Position numbers and translations under genes: made by a program. The notes below the pieces were generated by a model. That model was not told the DNA's origin. It saw nothing but the letters and a program-made list of their open reading frames with translations, and made no database searches. Shown here one piece after another: positions 38,146 to 51,281 of a stretch of DNA of 64,000 nt. The stretch comes from Felis catus (Eukaryota), in assembly GCF_018350175.1 (NCBI RefSeq), contig NC_058368.1, forward strand, positions 91,514,001 through 91,578,000, read 5' to 3'. The first letter of the stretch is position 1, and every line of letters begins with the position of its first letter.

Positions 38146-39378
38146 ATCCATCCATCCCATGTCCAATTTCTTGTTCGGCTTTAAACAAGACGTTTCAAGA
38201 GCATTTCTCTACTTGATGTTTCTATTTTATCACCTCCCCTTGTTTCCTGTGTACACCCCAGTGGGGCTTTCTTCCTCGCTCTCCACGAAAAGCATGGTCA
38301 CTAAATCCCATACTGTTTCCATCTTGGCACAAGCAGGGTTAAGTTTATAGTCCCCACATTATTTGCCAGAGTTGCTCACATACTCCTTCCCTGAAGTACT
38401 TTCTTCCTCTGGCATCTGCTTTTCCTCCTTTTCTTGACTTGTAATGTTGCCATGCCTAAGTGACTTCTCAGTTCTTCAGCTTTAAGTAAAATTTATCTAT
38501 GGAGGACTCCCAAATACCTGACTAGCTCTGACCTTTTCTTCAGGCTCCAAAATACATAACAACTGAATGCCTCAGCATCTTCCTTCAGGGTCTGTGAAAG
38601 CATCTCAGCCACAACACACACATCTGAAATAGAAGGCCCCCTCAGACCTGCCCCTCTTCTGGTCTTCTGGTAGCTTGTGCAGCATTCATCGTTTTCAAGC
38701 CAGAAACCTAGGCGTAATCTCTTAGCTGCTTCATTCCTATTCAGCACCCCACACATCATCCATCAGCAAGCCTGGTCCTGCTACCAGTTCCTGAAATGAT
38801 ATCCTGCTGCATTATCTGTGCCTCCTCTATCCCCTGCTCAGCTGCCTAACTACAGCAGCCTCCCGAGTGATTTCTCTCCTCCCTGCCTCCACTTAGGCCC
38901 CACCAAGTATTAGATACTCGACCTCACATGTGAATTGTTGAAGATAAATTTGGAGGATCTTAAGGAAGTTGGCAGCATGCTAGAATGTGGATTTTAAAGA
39001 GATTACTCTGGCTACGGCATGGAGATTAAACTACTAGATACCAAGACTTGAGGCCAGAAGACTAGGAGACCATGGCACAAACAGTGAGACATGAGAAACA
39101 AAATACCATTTAGGCATCTGACCTAGTGCTCAGGGCTCCAGTCTTAAGTTAGCAAGACTGAGTTGGAGAAGGGATGAGGAAGGTGTTGGCAAAAAGTAAA
39201 AATGCTCCTCTTTCCCTTACAATAAATAATAAAGACACGAGTGCAGGTAAAATTCATCAAGAAGGTTGTGCAGAGTGGGGGGGGGGCGGATTCCAAACCA
39301 TTGGGGATACCAAATATTAAAAAGGGAACAGAAAAAGTTATTCATGAAGGAGACTGAGAAGTAAAACTAGTAGAAAAG

Positions 39379-39600
39379 AGGAGCACCTGGGTGGCTCAGT
39401 CGGTTAAGCATCCGACTTCGACTCAGGTCACTGTCTCATGGTTCATGGGTTCAAGCCCCACGTCAGGCTCTGAGCTGACAGCTCGGAGCCTGAAGCCTGC
39501 TTCGGATTCTATGTCTCCTCCTCTCTTTGCCCCTCCCCTGCTCATGCTCTGTCTCTCCCTGACTCTCAATAATAAATAAATGTTAAAAAAAAAAATTTTT
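39379..39600 (+). mobile_element. Can-SINE
   Basis: TSD AACTAGTAGAAAAGA on both sides. Confidence 0.93.
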
Positions 39601-39717
39601 TTAACTAGTAGAAAAGAAAAAGCAGAATATATTATGTTCACCAAGCAGAGAGAATTTGTACACAGGTGAGAAAGGGAATGTCAGATAGGAATCTCAGACA
39701 CAGTGAGATGCAAAGGA

Positions 39718-40400
39718 TTTTTTTTTTTTTAATTGTCAAGTTGGCTAACATACAGTGTATACAGTGTAATCTTGGCTTCGGGAGTAGATTCCCATGATTC
39801 ATCACTTACAACACCCAGTGCTCATCCCAACAAGTGCCCTCCTCAATGCCCATCACCCATTTTCCCTCCCCCATCAACCCTCAGTTTGTTTTCTGTATTT
39901 AAGAGTCTCTTATGGTTTGCCTCCCTGTTTGTAACTTATTTTTTCCTTCCCTTCCCCCATGGTCTTCTGTTAAGTTTCTCATTCCACATACAAGTGAAAA
40001 CATAGGGTATCTGTCTCTCTCTATCTGACTTACTTCACTTAGCGTTAATACCCTCCAGTTCCAGCCACATTGTTGCGAATGGCAAGGTTTCATTCTTTTT
40101 CATTGCCAAGTAGTAAAAAGATTTTTCTTTTTCATTGCATATATAAACCACATCTTCTTTATCTATTCATCTGTTGATGGACATTTGGGCTCTTTCCATA
40201 ATTTGGCTATTGTTGATAGTGCTGCTATAAACATTGGGGTGCATGTGCCCTTACGAATCAGCACTCCTGTATCCTTTGGATAAATTCCTAGTAGTGCCAT
40301 TGCTGGGTTTTAGGGCAGTTCTATTTTTAATTTTTTGAGGAACCTCCACACGGTTTTCCAGAGTGGCTGCACCAGTTTGCATTCCCACCAAGAGTACAAG
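39718..40400 (-). mobile_element. 5'-truncated carnivore L1 3' end
   Basis: Poly-T, 3'UTR and ORF2 C-terminus homologous to 5974-7021. Confidence 0.9.
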
Positions 40401-40843
40401 GGAATTCCCCATAGGAGCCTTTTAAATAGTTACCTCTAGCCCAGGAGAAGATGCCAAACTAAATGCACAGCCATTCCCCTGGCAAAATTTAATATTCTCA
40501 ACTGCATCCTCTCCCAATTTTAAGATTTGTTGAGTTCAATTCTGTTTTGTTTTTTTTTTCACCACTTTAGCACATTAGGTCTCTTTTACCTTTTTACATT
40601 TATACCTGCCTTGTTTATCTTTGACTCTTTTCTACACTGTCTGCATAGCCTCTTTTGCTTGATGCATGAGCAAGGCTGCCTTCCCAGCTTCACACACCTT
40701 TTTGGCATCATGCCTATCTCTGGCACCTCTGGATTAACTATAACATGTTTCTATTTGGACTGGCCACGAGTGTAATCACCCACTGATGAACTCCCATCAC
40801 CCATGTAATGTCCTGTCCGGGAAGGTAACTTCAAGTGCTTAAA

Positions 40844-40845
<2 letters not shown>

Positions 40846-40918
<73 letters not shown>
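40846..40918. repeat. Compound (TG)n(AG)n microsatellite
   Basis: About 23 TG units followed by about 13 AG units. Confidence 0.97.
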
Positions 40919-40922
<4 letters not shown>

Positions 40923-41138
40923 AATTGAGAATATTTGACATTGTTCAAATCAGGAATATGTAAGTAATTAAGGAAAATTAGCAACATTTCATATATAATT
41001 CAGATGCCATCAGGAGTTTCTGTAATTGGGCATGTTAATCTGCTTGTTGCAGAGAACACTTATGGTAGAAAAGAAAGTCTTATATTTAGCTGTAGGTAGA
41101 TATATAATTATATCTAATACAAAGGTATGTAAGAATAA

Positions 41139-41340
41139 GGGCTCCTGGGTGGCTCAGTTGGTTAACTGTCTGACTTCGGCTCAGGTCATGAGCTCACGGT
41201 TCATGGGTTCAAGCCCCATGTCGGGCTCTGTGCTGACAGCTCAGAGTCTAGAGCCTGATTCAGATTCTGTGTCTCCTTCTCTCTCTGCCCCTCCCCTGCT
41301 CACGCTCTGTCTCTCTCAAAATTAAACATTAAGAAAATAA
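41139..41340 (+). mobile_element. Can-SINE
   Basis: SINE body. Confidence 0.9.
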
Positions 41341-41871
41341 AGAGGTATAGAATACATATTTTTAAATCCTGTGGTAAATGCTATAATAAGGGGAATGGAG
41401 TGTGGAAACTCAGTCAAGAAAGGACTCCGTTAACTTCTGAACTGAATCTGAAGTATACAAAGGAATTTGGCATGAGGCAAAGTAGAAAGGACTACAGATA
41501 TAGATTCAGATATAGATTATGCACAATGAAGAGAAAGGTTATGAAAATAATTTTGGAGTCTTTCATGGCTTTGGACTCTGATCCTAGACTACCTTTCTGA
41601 ACTCATGCTCCCCTGGTCACTCCTACACTCACCTTCTTTAAATAGGTTTGTTTTATTCTTTTCTCCACCCTAGTACTTCAGTTCCCATTGATTCTTTTTC
41701 TATATTGCTTAAATCTTAACGTTTTCCTCTTCTTATGTTTTCCTCTTATGTTTGGCCAGATACCAAGACCTTATTTAAATACCATCAATACTTATTTATT
41801 CTCTACGGTTGGTCTCAGTAACCAAATACTGTATCACAAAAAAACATCTTTAGTTTTTTCTTCCCCTCCAG

Positions 41872-43424
41872 GGTGGAAGGGCAGTCACAAAACCACGAAG
41901 TCAACTCAAACACAAGATTCTTCCTTCCAAGAGCTGATAATGAGAAGATCCAAAAGGAATGGACCCTGGGACTTTAAATCAGAAAAACCCTGCATTTATG
42001 AATACAGAGTAGAGAAAAGGCAAGAGAAAAAAGAAAGTGTCCCGACAATTTTAGTCACCCACAAAAAAATCCTTGCTGTAGAAAAAAGCCATAAAAATGC
42101 TGAATTTGGCCAAAACTTCAGTCCAAAGTCAGTCCTTGTTAAGCAACAGATGGTCCCCAGAGAAGAAACACCACCAAAATGTGAAATACAAGGAAACCGC
42201 TTCAAACAGAATCCGTATTTACTTAATCAGCCAAAAATCAACACAGCAGAGAAACGCTATAAATGTAGTATATGTGAAAAAACCTTCATTAACACTTCAT
42301 CCCTTCGCAAGCATGAGAAAAACCACAGTGGAGAGAAATTATTTAAATGTAAAGAATGTTCAAAAGCCTTTAACCAAAGTTCAGCTCTCATTCAACATCA
42401 AATAACTCATACTGGAGAGAAGCCCTATGTGTGTAAAGAATGTGGGAAAGCCTTCACTCTTAGCACATCCCTTTATAAACACCTAAGAACCCATACTGTG
42501 GAGAAATCCTATAGATGTAAAGAGTGTGGTAAATCCTTCAGCAGGAGATCTGGCCTTTTTATACATCAAAAAATCCATGCTCGAGAAAATCCCCATAAAT
42601 ATAATCCAGGTAGGAAGGCATCCGGCCTTCCTGGATGTCAGAGAATTCACCTCAGAAAGAAGTCCTATTTATGCAATGAATGTGGCAACACCTTCAAGTC
42701 TAGTTCATCCCTTCGTTATCATCAGAGGATTCACACAGGAGAGAAACCTTTTAAGTGTAGTGAATGCGGGAGAGCCTTCAGTCAGAGCGCATCTCTTATT
42801 CAGCATGAAAGAATTCACACTGGAGAAAAGCCCTATCGATGTAACGAATGTGGAAAAGGTTTTACTTCGATTTCCCGACTGAATAGACACCGAATAATTC
42901 ATACTGGTGAGAAGTTTTATAACTGTAATGAATGTGGTAAAGCCTTAAGTTCCCACTCAACACTGATCATCCATGAAAGAATTCACACTGGAGAGAAACC
43001 GTGTAAATGTAAAGTGTGTGGGAAAGCCTTCAGGCAGAGTTCAGCCCTCATTCAACATCAGAGAATGCACACTGGAGAAAGACCCTATAAATGCAACGAG
43101 TGTGGGAAAACGTTCAGGTGTAACTCATCCCTTAGTAACCACCAGAGAATTCACACAGGAGAGAAACCATATCGATGTGAGGAATGTGGTATATCTTTTG
43201 GCCAAAGTTCAGCTCTTATTCAGCATCGCAGGATTCATACGGGAGAGAAGCCCTTTAAATGTAACACATGTGGGAAAACTTTCAGACAGAGCTCATCACG
43301 GATTGCCCATCAGAGAATTCATACTGGAGAGAAACCCTATGAATGTAACACATGTGGGAAACTCTTCAACCACAGGTCATCCCTTACTAATCATTACAAA
43401 ATCCACATTGAAGAGAACCCCTAG
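41872..43424 (+). CDS. ZNF354A: ZNF354A final exon: linker plus 13 C2H2 zinc fingers (4+9)
   Basis: Acceptor TTCCCCTCCAG|GG at 41871; open to TAG 43424. Spliced CDS is 33+127+96+1553=1809 nt (602 aa). Ends [18 protein letters not shown], like recalled ZNF354A (..HIEEDP). Confidence 0.95.
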
Positions 43425-43972
43425 AAAGTAGATTTGCATGTGCGAAAGCCTTAAACCAAAGCTCAGCAGAATACATGCGTAAAATACAAATGTAATAGAT
43501 AGGAAAAATCTTCCTGTAACCTAGGCCTCATCAGATTCCGGATTCCAAGGATAAGCCTTGACTATGTAATAGATAATGAGGAAAATAGAAAGTGTTCGTG
43601 CCTATCAGGCACTTTTAAAATAACCTAAAATGAAGAATTCACAACCGGAGACCCTTCCGGCATTTGTAAAATAATTGTTCTCTTTCTACAGCAGTGTATG
43701 CTAGAGGTCATATGTGATTGTCATAAACATCTGGGTGAGGGGAGGTGTGCCCTGGATTTTTCATTAAAAAGACATAAATCAGTAATACTTTTTTACAACT
43801 AACACATAATAGCATATAAAAGATGCGATCAAATTATACCCTTCTAGAGGAAAGGACCAAATAAAAGATAAAAAAAGAAGAAAAAACTATAAACTACCTC
43901 TTAAGTTTCTGGGGTTTGTCCTTTTCCTGACCTGATGTCAAATTTTGTGCATGGATTTAATTTACAAATAGA

Positions 43973-43978
43973 AATAAA
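43973..43978 (+). terminator. Probable ZNF354A polyadenylation signal (alternative AATAAA at 43860-43865)
   Basis: AATAAA about 550 nt after the stop, followed by U/GU-rich sequence. Confidence 0.6.
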
Positions 43979-44419
43979 AGTCTGTTCTCTTCATCCTTGG
44001 TCCTTCTAGTAATTGCTGTGAATTGGGAATTTTCTAACCAATCACTCATTCTGTTCTTAGAATTTATTATTTATTTATTGTGAAGTCGTTTATCATGAAA
44101 GTATACCTGCTATACACGGAGCTGTCATCCTAGGTACATTAATTAAGCAATTATTTCAAATTTAAAGCTATTAAATATACATGAATTCATAGTGGAAAGA
44201 GCTATCCAAAGAAGTTTCATGAATCTAATACCTGTGCCAAAAGATTGAAAGATATGTCAATGATTTCATGACATAAGGTTTTCCACTTAGTATGCTCACG
44301 TGTCACACAATTTCAGGAAAACAAAAGGCAATTATAAACAACTCTGTTTTTGTTTTTGTTTTTGTTTTTGCCCTAGTTCTGGGGCAGCTACTATACTGCA
44401 CACTGGTAGTCTTTAAAAA

Positions 44420-44610
44420 AATTTTTTTAATGTTTATTTTTTGAGAGAGAAAGAATGCGAGCAGAAGAGGAGCAGAGAGAGAGACAGAGGATCCAAAGCA
44501 GGCCCTGTGCTGAGAGTGGAGAGCCCAATGCAGCCCTCAAACTCACAAACCATGAGATCATGACCTGAGCCAAAGTTGGACACTAAACCAACTGAGCCAC
44601 CAGGTGCCCC
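44420..44610 (-). mobile_element. Can-SINE
   Basis: Flanked by ACTGGTAGTCTT repeats. Confidence 0.9.
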
Positions 44611-45136
44611 TACAGACTGGTAGTCTTAAGAAGAAAGACACAGCTCTTAGAGATGCCATGAATTTGGGGGAAGGGGCTGGAATGGAGTTGAGAGACTAGC
44701 AAACGAGGAAGCAAATTATGTCACAGTATGTAAATATAGCTTTAACAAGCAAATTGATAGATTATGACTGTATTGCAATGCAGATATGTTAGGGGTTTGC
44801 ACAGGTTGAAGAAAGAGAAGATGGAACCTAGCCAAGGAAACCTGGAGACAAAGCTTTCCAGAGGCAGTGTGCCTAAGCCAGGCTTTGGAAGAATAGGAAC
44901 TCTCCAGAGGGGGAAATGACAATTCTAAATAAGAGGGACTATGCATGTGTAAAGGTACAGGTTGGTAATAATCAGGAACTTTGTGGGAACTCAAGTACAG
45001 AACTGATGAGTAAGAGAATGATCTGTTACAAGTTTGAGGCAAACACAGATGCCAGATAACAAAAGGCTTATTTGCCATGTGAAGAAGTTAAAATTTTATC
45101 CTAAATTGATGGAATCAATTAAAAATGCTGAAGGAA

Positions 45137-45335
45137 GGGGACCTGGGTGGCTCAGTTGATTGTCTGACACTTGGTTTTGGCTCCAATCATGATCTCATGA
45201 GTTTATGGGATGGAATCCTGCCCTGGGCTCTGTGCTGATAGAGTTCAGAGCCTACTTGGGATTTTCTCTCTCCCTCTCTGCCGTCCCCCTACTCTCTCTC
45301 CCTCAAAATACATAAACATTTAAAAAAAATTTTTT
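45137..45335 (+). mobile_element. Can-SINE
   Basis: SINE body. Confidence 0.87.
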
Positions 45336-45905
45336 TTAAGATATTAAAGGATATTGTTCTGGCAATGATGTGTGGGAGATGAATTGAGGGGGTTGAAGAA
45401 AGCTGTACAGATGGACGCCTAGAAATCTGGGCTGTGTTAATTCACGTGATCTATGAATGAGAGACCAAACTTCCTGCAAGGCAGACGGATAGAGAACAGG
45501 AGACAGATATAGCATTGAATTAATAATACGTGGTGTTCCAAGCAAATAAATGAGGTTGGTGAGTGAGAAGAGGCTAAGCTGACCCAGGTAGTATGGCCAG
45601 GTGTGTTGTATATAGGTCTCACGTTTAATGATGTTGTCCTGCATCCTGGATTGACTTTGTCAGGGCAGCTTTAACATAATCAGTTGTGGTGTGGAGGGTT
45701 GGGGTTTTTTTTTCTTCCCCCAATAATGAAAATTCAGCTCTTTTTCTGCTTCAGTAATTGGTACTTAAGTTAAACAGCAACACTAGCTGAAATTCATATT
45801 TCCACAAATAAAGATCTGAACAACCCTTTGTAGCCTCCTGTATTTATGGCTGAGGGAAGAACACAAGGGGGGACAGAGAATGGCAAGTCTTGTGTCCCAT
45901 ATTAC

Positions 45906-46112
45906 ATTTTTTTCTAATGTTTATTTATTTTTGAGAGAGACAGAGTGTGAGTGGAGGAGGGGCAGAGAGAGAGGGAGACACAGAATCCGAAGCAGGCTCT
46001 AGGCTCTGAGGTGTCAGCACAGATCCCAATGCAGGGCTCAAACTCACGAACCGTGAGATCATGACCTGAGCCGAAGTCAGACATTTAACCAACTGAGCCA
46101 CCCAGGTGCCCC
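45906..46112 (-). mobile_element. Can-SINE
   Basis: SINE body. Confidence 0.92.
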
Positions 46113-46732
46113 TCTTGTTTCCCACATTAAAGAAAAGATAAGGCTTCTTTGTGCCAAAGTCTCAAACTGTAAACTAGTAATCACTATTAGAGATAACTTC
46201 GGATCAGTACACATGCTCTGAAGATCGGCATGCCTCTGAAAGTGAGCAGTTAATGACAGACTCCACCTTCTGAAAGTCAACCAGTTAGCAGACCGTCCCA
46301 TGCCTCTAGACAATCAGCAAATGCCTCGCTCCAGTGACCATAGAAAGTAAGCCACTCAATAACAGCCTTATTCCAGTGTTCACACTAGCAGTTGAATTTC
46401 TGTTAATCTATAAACAGGTACTTTTGAAAATCCACCAGTCCCTAGACCAAGTTTTCCAAAACCTTGCCTAAGATCAACTCTGACTTTCTTCAGGGAGGCT
46501 GTTCTTTCCAACTACAGCTTTTTCTTGCAGGCATGCATGAAGTTTACCTTTTCTGCCTTATATATCAAGTTCAATTTATTGTTAGTGTGCAACCATTTCA
46601 ACAGCTGAATCACAAGTTATCACCTCAGTCACATGAGTGACAAAGGCACTCATGAGGCCGAGAAGTTATGATAGTCAACATTTTCTGCTTCTTAAGGTGA
46701 CTGCTATCATCTGTGTTTTATTTATGTGTTTG

Positions 46733-47637
46733 AATCCCAAAGGCCAATGTAAATTTCATTAATTCTCAGAACAGTGGGTGTCTATTAAATGAGGGGAAAG
46801 TCCTTTTGAAACTTTTATAGTATGAAATTATTCAGTGTCAAAAATGGTGGAAAGGCATATATAAACCAGCATATATTAAACACTAAATCTAAGAGATTTA
46901 TGATTACCTCAACTATAAAGGGATAAAGTAACAAATTTTCGAATTAAAAGAAATTCAGATGGAAATAATCATAGAAGTTAAATGATTATTCACACTGTGT
47001 ATCAATCTTCTTAGTACCAAGGACTGATTTCACATACAGGAGTATTTTCTGGTTCTAAACTTGCAAACAAGTTTTCAAGTGTCAGGATAAAATACTGCAA
47101 TAATAAACATGTACTTGCTCCTTATACTATTACAGGGATTATTAAAGACCTAAAATGCTTCATCTTATTATGGCCCAAGATGCAAGTAATCACAATGCAG
47201 GAAAAAAGTCCCTTTGCTTTTGCTAGGTTTTTCTCACGAAAAAGGCTTGCTTAGAAGGCTATTGCAAGTAAAATCCCTTCCCAAAGGAGACTTCAGAAAT
47301 AGAAAATTTTTGCAGAAACTCACTAGTGAGGGAGGAAAAGTGTAATGTTTTGGGTAGAGATAATACCAACGCGAATTTTGGCGAATGTGCTGAAGTGCAG
47401 ACAGTTTATTCGAAGTTGAAACAGAGTACCGTGGATTCTATGGAAGGTGTTGGTTGGCCTGCTCATACTCTGCATTTCCACATAACGCTGCACAGACAAC
47501 TGATACCCTTTATAATGACGCTGAATTATGAAATTGTTGCATCTCACTTCAGCATTTAGACATTTGAGCAGTTACGGGATTTTTGTGATTTTGTTTGCAT
47601 TCGATAATCATCAAGTATCTAGCATTGAAAAACTCGG
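46733..47637 (+). mobile_element. Decayed hAT-superfamily DNA transposase coding fossil (Tip100/Blackjack-like)
   Basis: Translation across frameshifts gives PKGQCKF..FSVKNGGKAYINQHI..SKLANKFSSVRIK..VLAPY..DASNH..ETSE..DNTNANFG..WPAH..HFSI..LRDFCDFV..KTR, in hAT motif order. Confidence 0.8.
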
Positions 47638-50380
47638 ACTTCCAGTGTCAGCTAGGACATGTAAACAACTTACAATCATCACTTCTAACAAGAAAAAGCT
47701 GCATGAGCAGAAAAATCAAGGACTCCTCTTTCTGAGAACTTAGGTTACTGGCAAATCACAACACTGATCTGGAGAGACACACCTATCCAGAGAGAGACAC
47801 ACCTATCCAGAGAGAGTCACAGCCAAGGTCTGCTTACCTGGAGCTGAAGCTGCTGGAGACACAAACATCTGGGGCCATTTGAGTGAGAGTTTTGGTGAAT
47901 TGCTGGGGGTTGAGTGTGGACCAGCTTGAGAATGAGGAACTTCTATCGGCCACAGTTTTAAGAGGTGCCCCACATCTCCAATGCCATAAGCCCCAGAAAC
48001 CCATTTGGATTTCCATGGTAGTGACCCGAGAAACATCCCCTTAGGGCTCTGGTAGGAGAAGGGTCACCATTGTGAAAAACACCTAGAGTCTTTTCCACCA
48101 AAAAACCTATTCTCCTGGGGAAAAGAGTTTACTCGAGTCTTATGCTAGTGGGATTGGGACATTCCTCCCACTTTAGTGCCCTCTAACCTTTCTGTCTTGC
48201 TAAGGAGAAAATAGACAACAGGAGCCAGGGCTTCAAGGAAACAGATTGGGATGCTGCAACCAGGGGAGGGAGTATAGGGCATGGAGGCAAAAAGTTACAC
48301 CACCAAAGAAACACTCGGGTCACTCCCAGCCCTACACACAGGCCCACTGAAACTGAGACTTTAAAAATGAGATTTAACTGGGGCAACTGCATGACTCAGT
48401 TGAGCATCCAACTTGATCTCAGTTCAGGTCTTGATCTCAAGGTCATGAGTTCAAGCCCTATATAGGACTCCACGCTGGGTGTGAAGCCTACTTAAAAAAA
48501 ATTCTTTTAAAGATTTGAGGCACCTGGGTGACTTAGTGGGTTAAGTGTCCAACACTTCATTTCAGCTCAGGTCATGATCTCAAGAAGCCCCGTGTCAGAC
48601 TCTGCACTGAGCATGGAACCTGCTTAAGATTCCCTTTCTCCCTCTCCCTCTTCCCCTCCCCCACTTTCACTCTCTCGAAAATAAAAATAAAGTCTTTAAA
48701 AAAATAGATTTAATTGGAAGATTGTAGAATCACCCACCCACCCTCAGCTTGCCACCATAGCAACAGGATTTTGGTATAATAACACTAGTAGAGCAGACAG
48801 AGCTCCAAGACAGACGCCTTGAGGAGTGTTCAGGAAAGCCAAATTCAAGAGTAGAGAAAAAAATAAGATACAAGCAGAATGTGAAGCCTCTAGTACCTAT
48901 GGTTGCCCAACTCCTAGCCACATTAACATAAACATATCAGTGGATTAAAAAGGACAATATACCGTGACCAAGTGAGATTTATCCCAGAAGTCAAAAATTT
49001 GTACAACATATGAAAAATATACTAACCTGCAATAGTATAATGAAGGCAAAATAAACACCATTATACAAAATCTTGATGCATAAAAAGCATTTCACAAAAC
49101 CCAACACTCTTTCACGATTCAAAACACTGGCCTAGGAATAGAAGGGAATATCCCTAACATAATAAAGTACATTTATGAAAAACCCACAGCCTGCATCATA
49201 CTCAATAGTGAAACACTGAAAGCTTTCCCCCTAAGATTAGAAATGAGACAAGAGTGCCTGCTGTTGCCACTTCTATTCAATACTGTACTGGAAGTTCTAG
49301 CAAGAACAATTAGAAAGAAAAGAAGTAAAAGGCACCCAAAATTTGCCTTTTAATTTTAGAATTAAAAATCTCTATTTGCAGATGACAGGACTCTGTATGT
49401 AGAAAATCCTAAGTAATTCACACACACACACGAAAATATGTTAGAATTCATAAAGTGAGTTCAGCAATGTTTCAGGATGCAAGATTAATATGCAAAAATT
49501 CATTTTACTTCCATGTGCTGGTAATGAAAAATCTGAAAAGTAAATTAAAGCAATTTAATGTATAATAGCATCAAAAAGGATAAAATGCTTAGGGATAAAG
49601 TTTAACCAAGGAAGCTAAGACTTGTACAAGGAAAACTCTAAAATATTGCTGAAAGAAACTGAAGAAGGCATAAGACCTAAATGGAAAGACATTTGATATT
49701 CCTAGATTGGAGGACATTGTTAAAAATGGCAATAGTTCCTAAATGATCTACAAACCCAATACAATCACTACCAAAATTCCAATGACTTTTTTGCAAGAGT
49801 GGAAGAGCAGAGTCTAAAATTCATATGCAGAGGCGCCTGGATCAGTTAAGCACCTGACTCTTGATTTTGGCTCGGGTCATGATCTCACGGTGCGTGGGAT
49901 CGCACCTCATGTCAGGCTCCACACTAACAGCACAGAGCCTGCTTGGGATTCTCTGTCTCCCTCTCTCTGCTCCTCCCCAACTCATTGTCTATCTCAATAA
50001 ATAAACATTTTAGAAAAGAAAAAAAAGAAAAAAACAAAATTCATATGCAATTGTGTGAGACCCTACATAGTAGAAACAATTTTGAAGAAGAAAAATTTGG
50101 AAGACACACTCCTCAACTGTAAAACTTACTACAAAGCTACAATAATCAAAACAGTATGGTATTGGCATATAAGCACAGAGTAATGGACTCAAATTCAGAG
50201 CCCAGAAATAAACTTACATATCTATGACAATTGATTTTCTGACAAGAGTAAAAAGATCACTGAATGGGAAACAATGGTCTCTTCAAGGAATGGTGCAGAG
50301 ACCATAGGATGTCCACATGCAAAAGGATGAATCTGGACCCCTACCTCACACCACATATAAAAGTTATTAAATATCAAAAT
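47637..50380 (+). mobile_element. Old L1 (5' region ~47640-48900 plus ORF2 fragment ~48920-50380) containing SINEs at 48380-48500, 48517-48695 and 49830-50035
   Basis: 5' region resembles 9120-9300; ORF2 remnants (TTTGCAGATGAC RT motif, NGLFKEWC...KRMNLDPYLTP). Confidence 0.82.
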
Positions 50381-51084
50381 CTCTCCCTGGTCCCGAGTGG
50401 GAGAGTGTGTCAAGTACAGGGGTGGCCAAGGTACCCAGAAGAACAGGTGGAATCTTCTGTGAGAGCACAGAGGAAAGGCCTACAGAAGAGGAGGTAGCAT
50501 TAACCCTGAATTGAAGAACCAAAGTGGGGGGAGAAACAACCCCCCATTCATGCTGTCCCCCTAGGGTCACCTCCCTCATCCCCTGACTCGCTTAATGGGA
50601 CCTGACAAAGACTGGAGGGCAGGAGAAGGAGTGTGGAGACTGGGGTTGGGCTTCCCTGAGACTGTGGCCTCTGCAATATGAGGAGAAGGGGGACAGGGAT
50701 GGCTTACAATTCCTGAGCCTTCCAGCTGCTTCAGCTCCTTGCTAAAAGTTGGGCAGGATGTTGGTCAGAGATACCCTCAAAGGGCCTAGAGGTGGAGGGA
50801 GCCTCCTGGACTACCAAACATAAGATTCCCAGGGGGCTTATCCCCAAGACTCCAGGAGGAAACCTGGAGATCCCCACAAATGCCCCCAAGAAGGTGCTAA
50901 TGGGGTTCTGGGGTTCTGTTCCAGCTGGTGTGTGTTTACGGCTCCCAACATCTGGGAAAATGAGGTGCTTCCTTTCTGCACTTTGAGGCCTGGAGCCAGC
51001 AGGTGAGAAAGAGCCAAAGGCAACAGGGAGCTGCCACCTCTCCTCAGACACATCTGGAAAGCATCCTTCTAGGTAGCCCCAAAG

Positions 51085-51281
51085 CAGTCGTTCTTGACTG
51101 GGGTATTTTGTACCCCAGGAAACATTTAGCAATGTCCAGAGATGTATTTGCTTGTCACAGCTGAGGGGGACCTACTGGAGAGATGTAGGATGCTGGTAAA
51201 CATTCTAACATGGACTAAACAGCCCTCCCCAGCAAAGAGGTGTCTGGCCCAAATATCAGTAGTGCCGAGACTGAGAAAACA
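51085..51281. mobile_element. MER20-like hAT-Charlie element
   Basis: CAGTCGTTCTTGAC...GGCCCAAATATCAGTAGTGCCGAGACTGAGAAA pattern. Confidence 0.78.

Noticed and set aside
41688..41871. N-terminal 61 aa of the 578-aa ORF
   Set aside because: Intronic read-through with a non-ATG start. The real exon begins after the acceptor at 41871.
41872..43424. ZNF354B or ZNF354C identity
   Set aside because: The N- and C-termini and the fingers match my recollection of ZNF354A best; a reciprocal BLAST would settle it.
42097..43431. Alternative-frame ORFs (102, 118 and 152 aa) within the zinc-finger exon
   Set aside because: Typical by-products of repetitive C2H2 codon structure; no independent support.
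47326..47559. Possible endogenous viral element suggested by odd composition
   Set aside because: The translation fits hAT transposase motifs (DNTN, xxAH) and continues in motif order on both sides.
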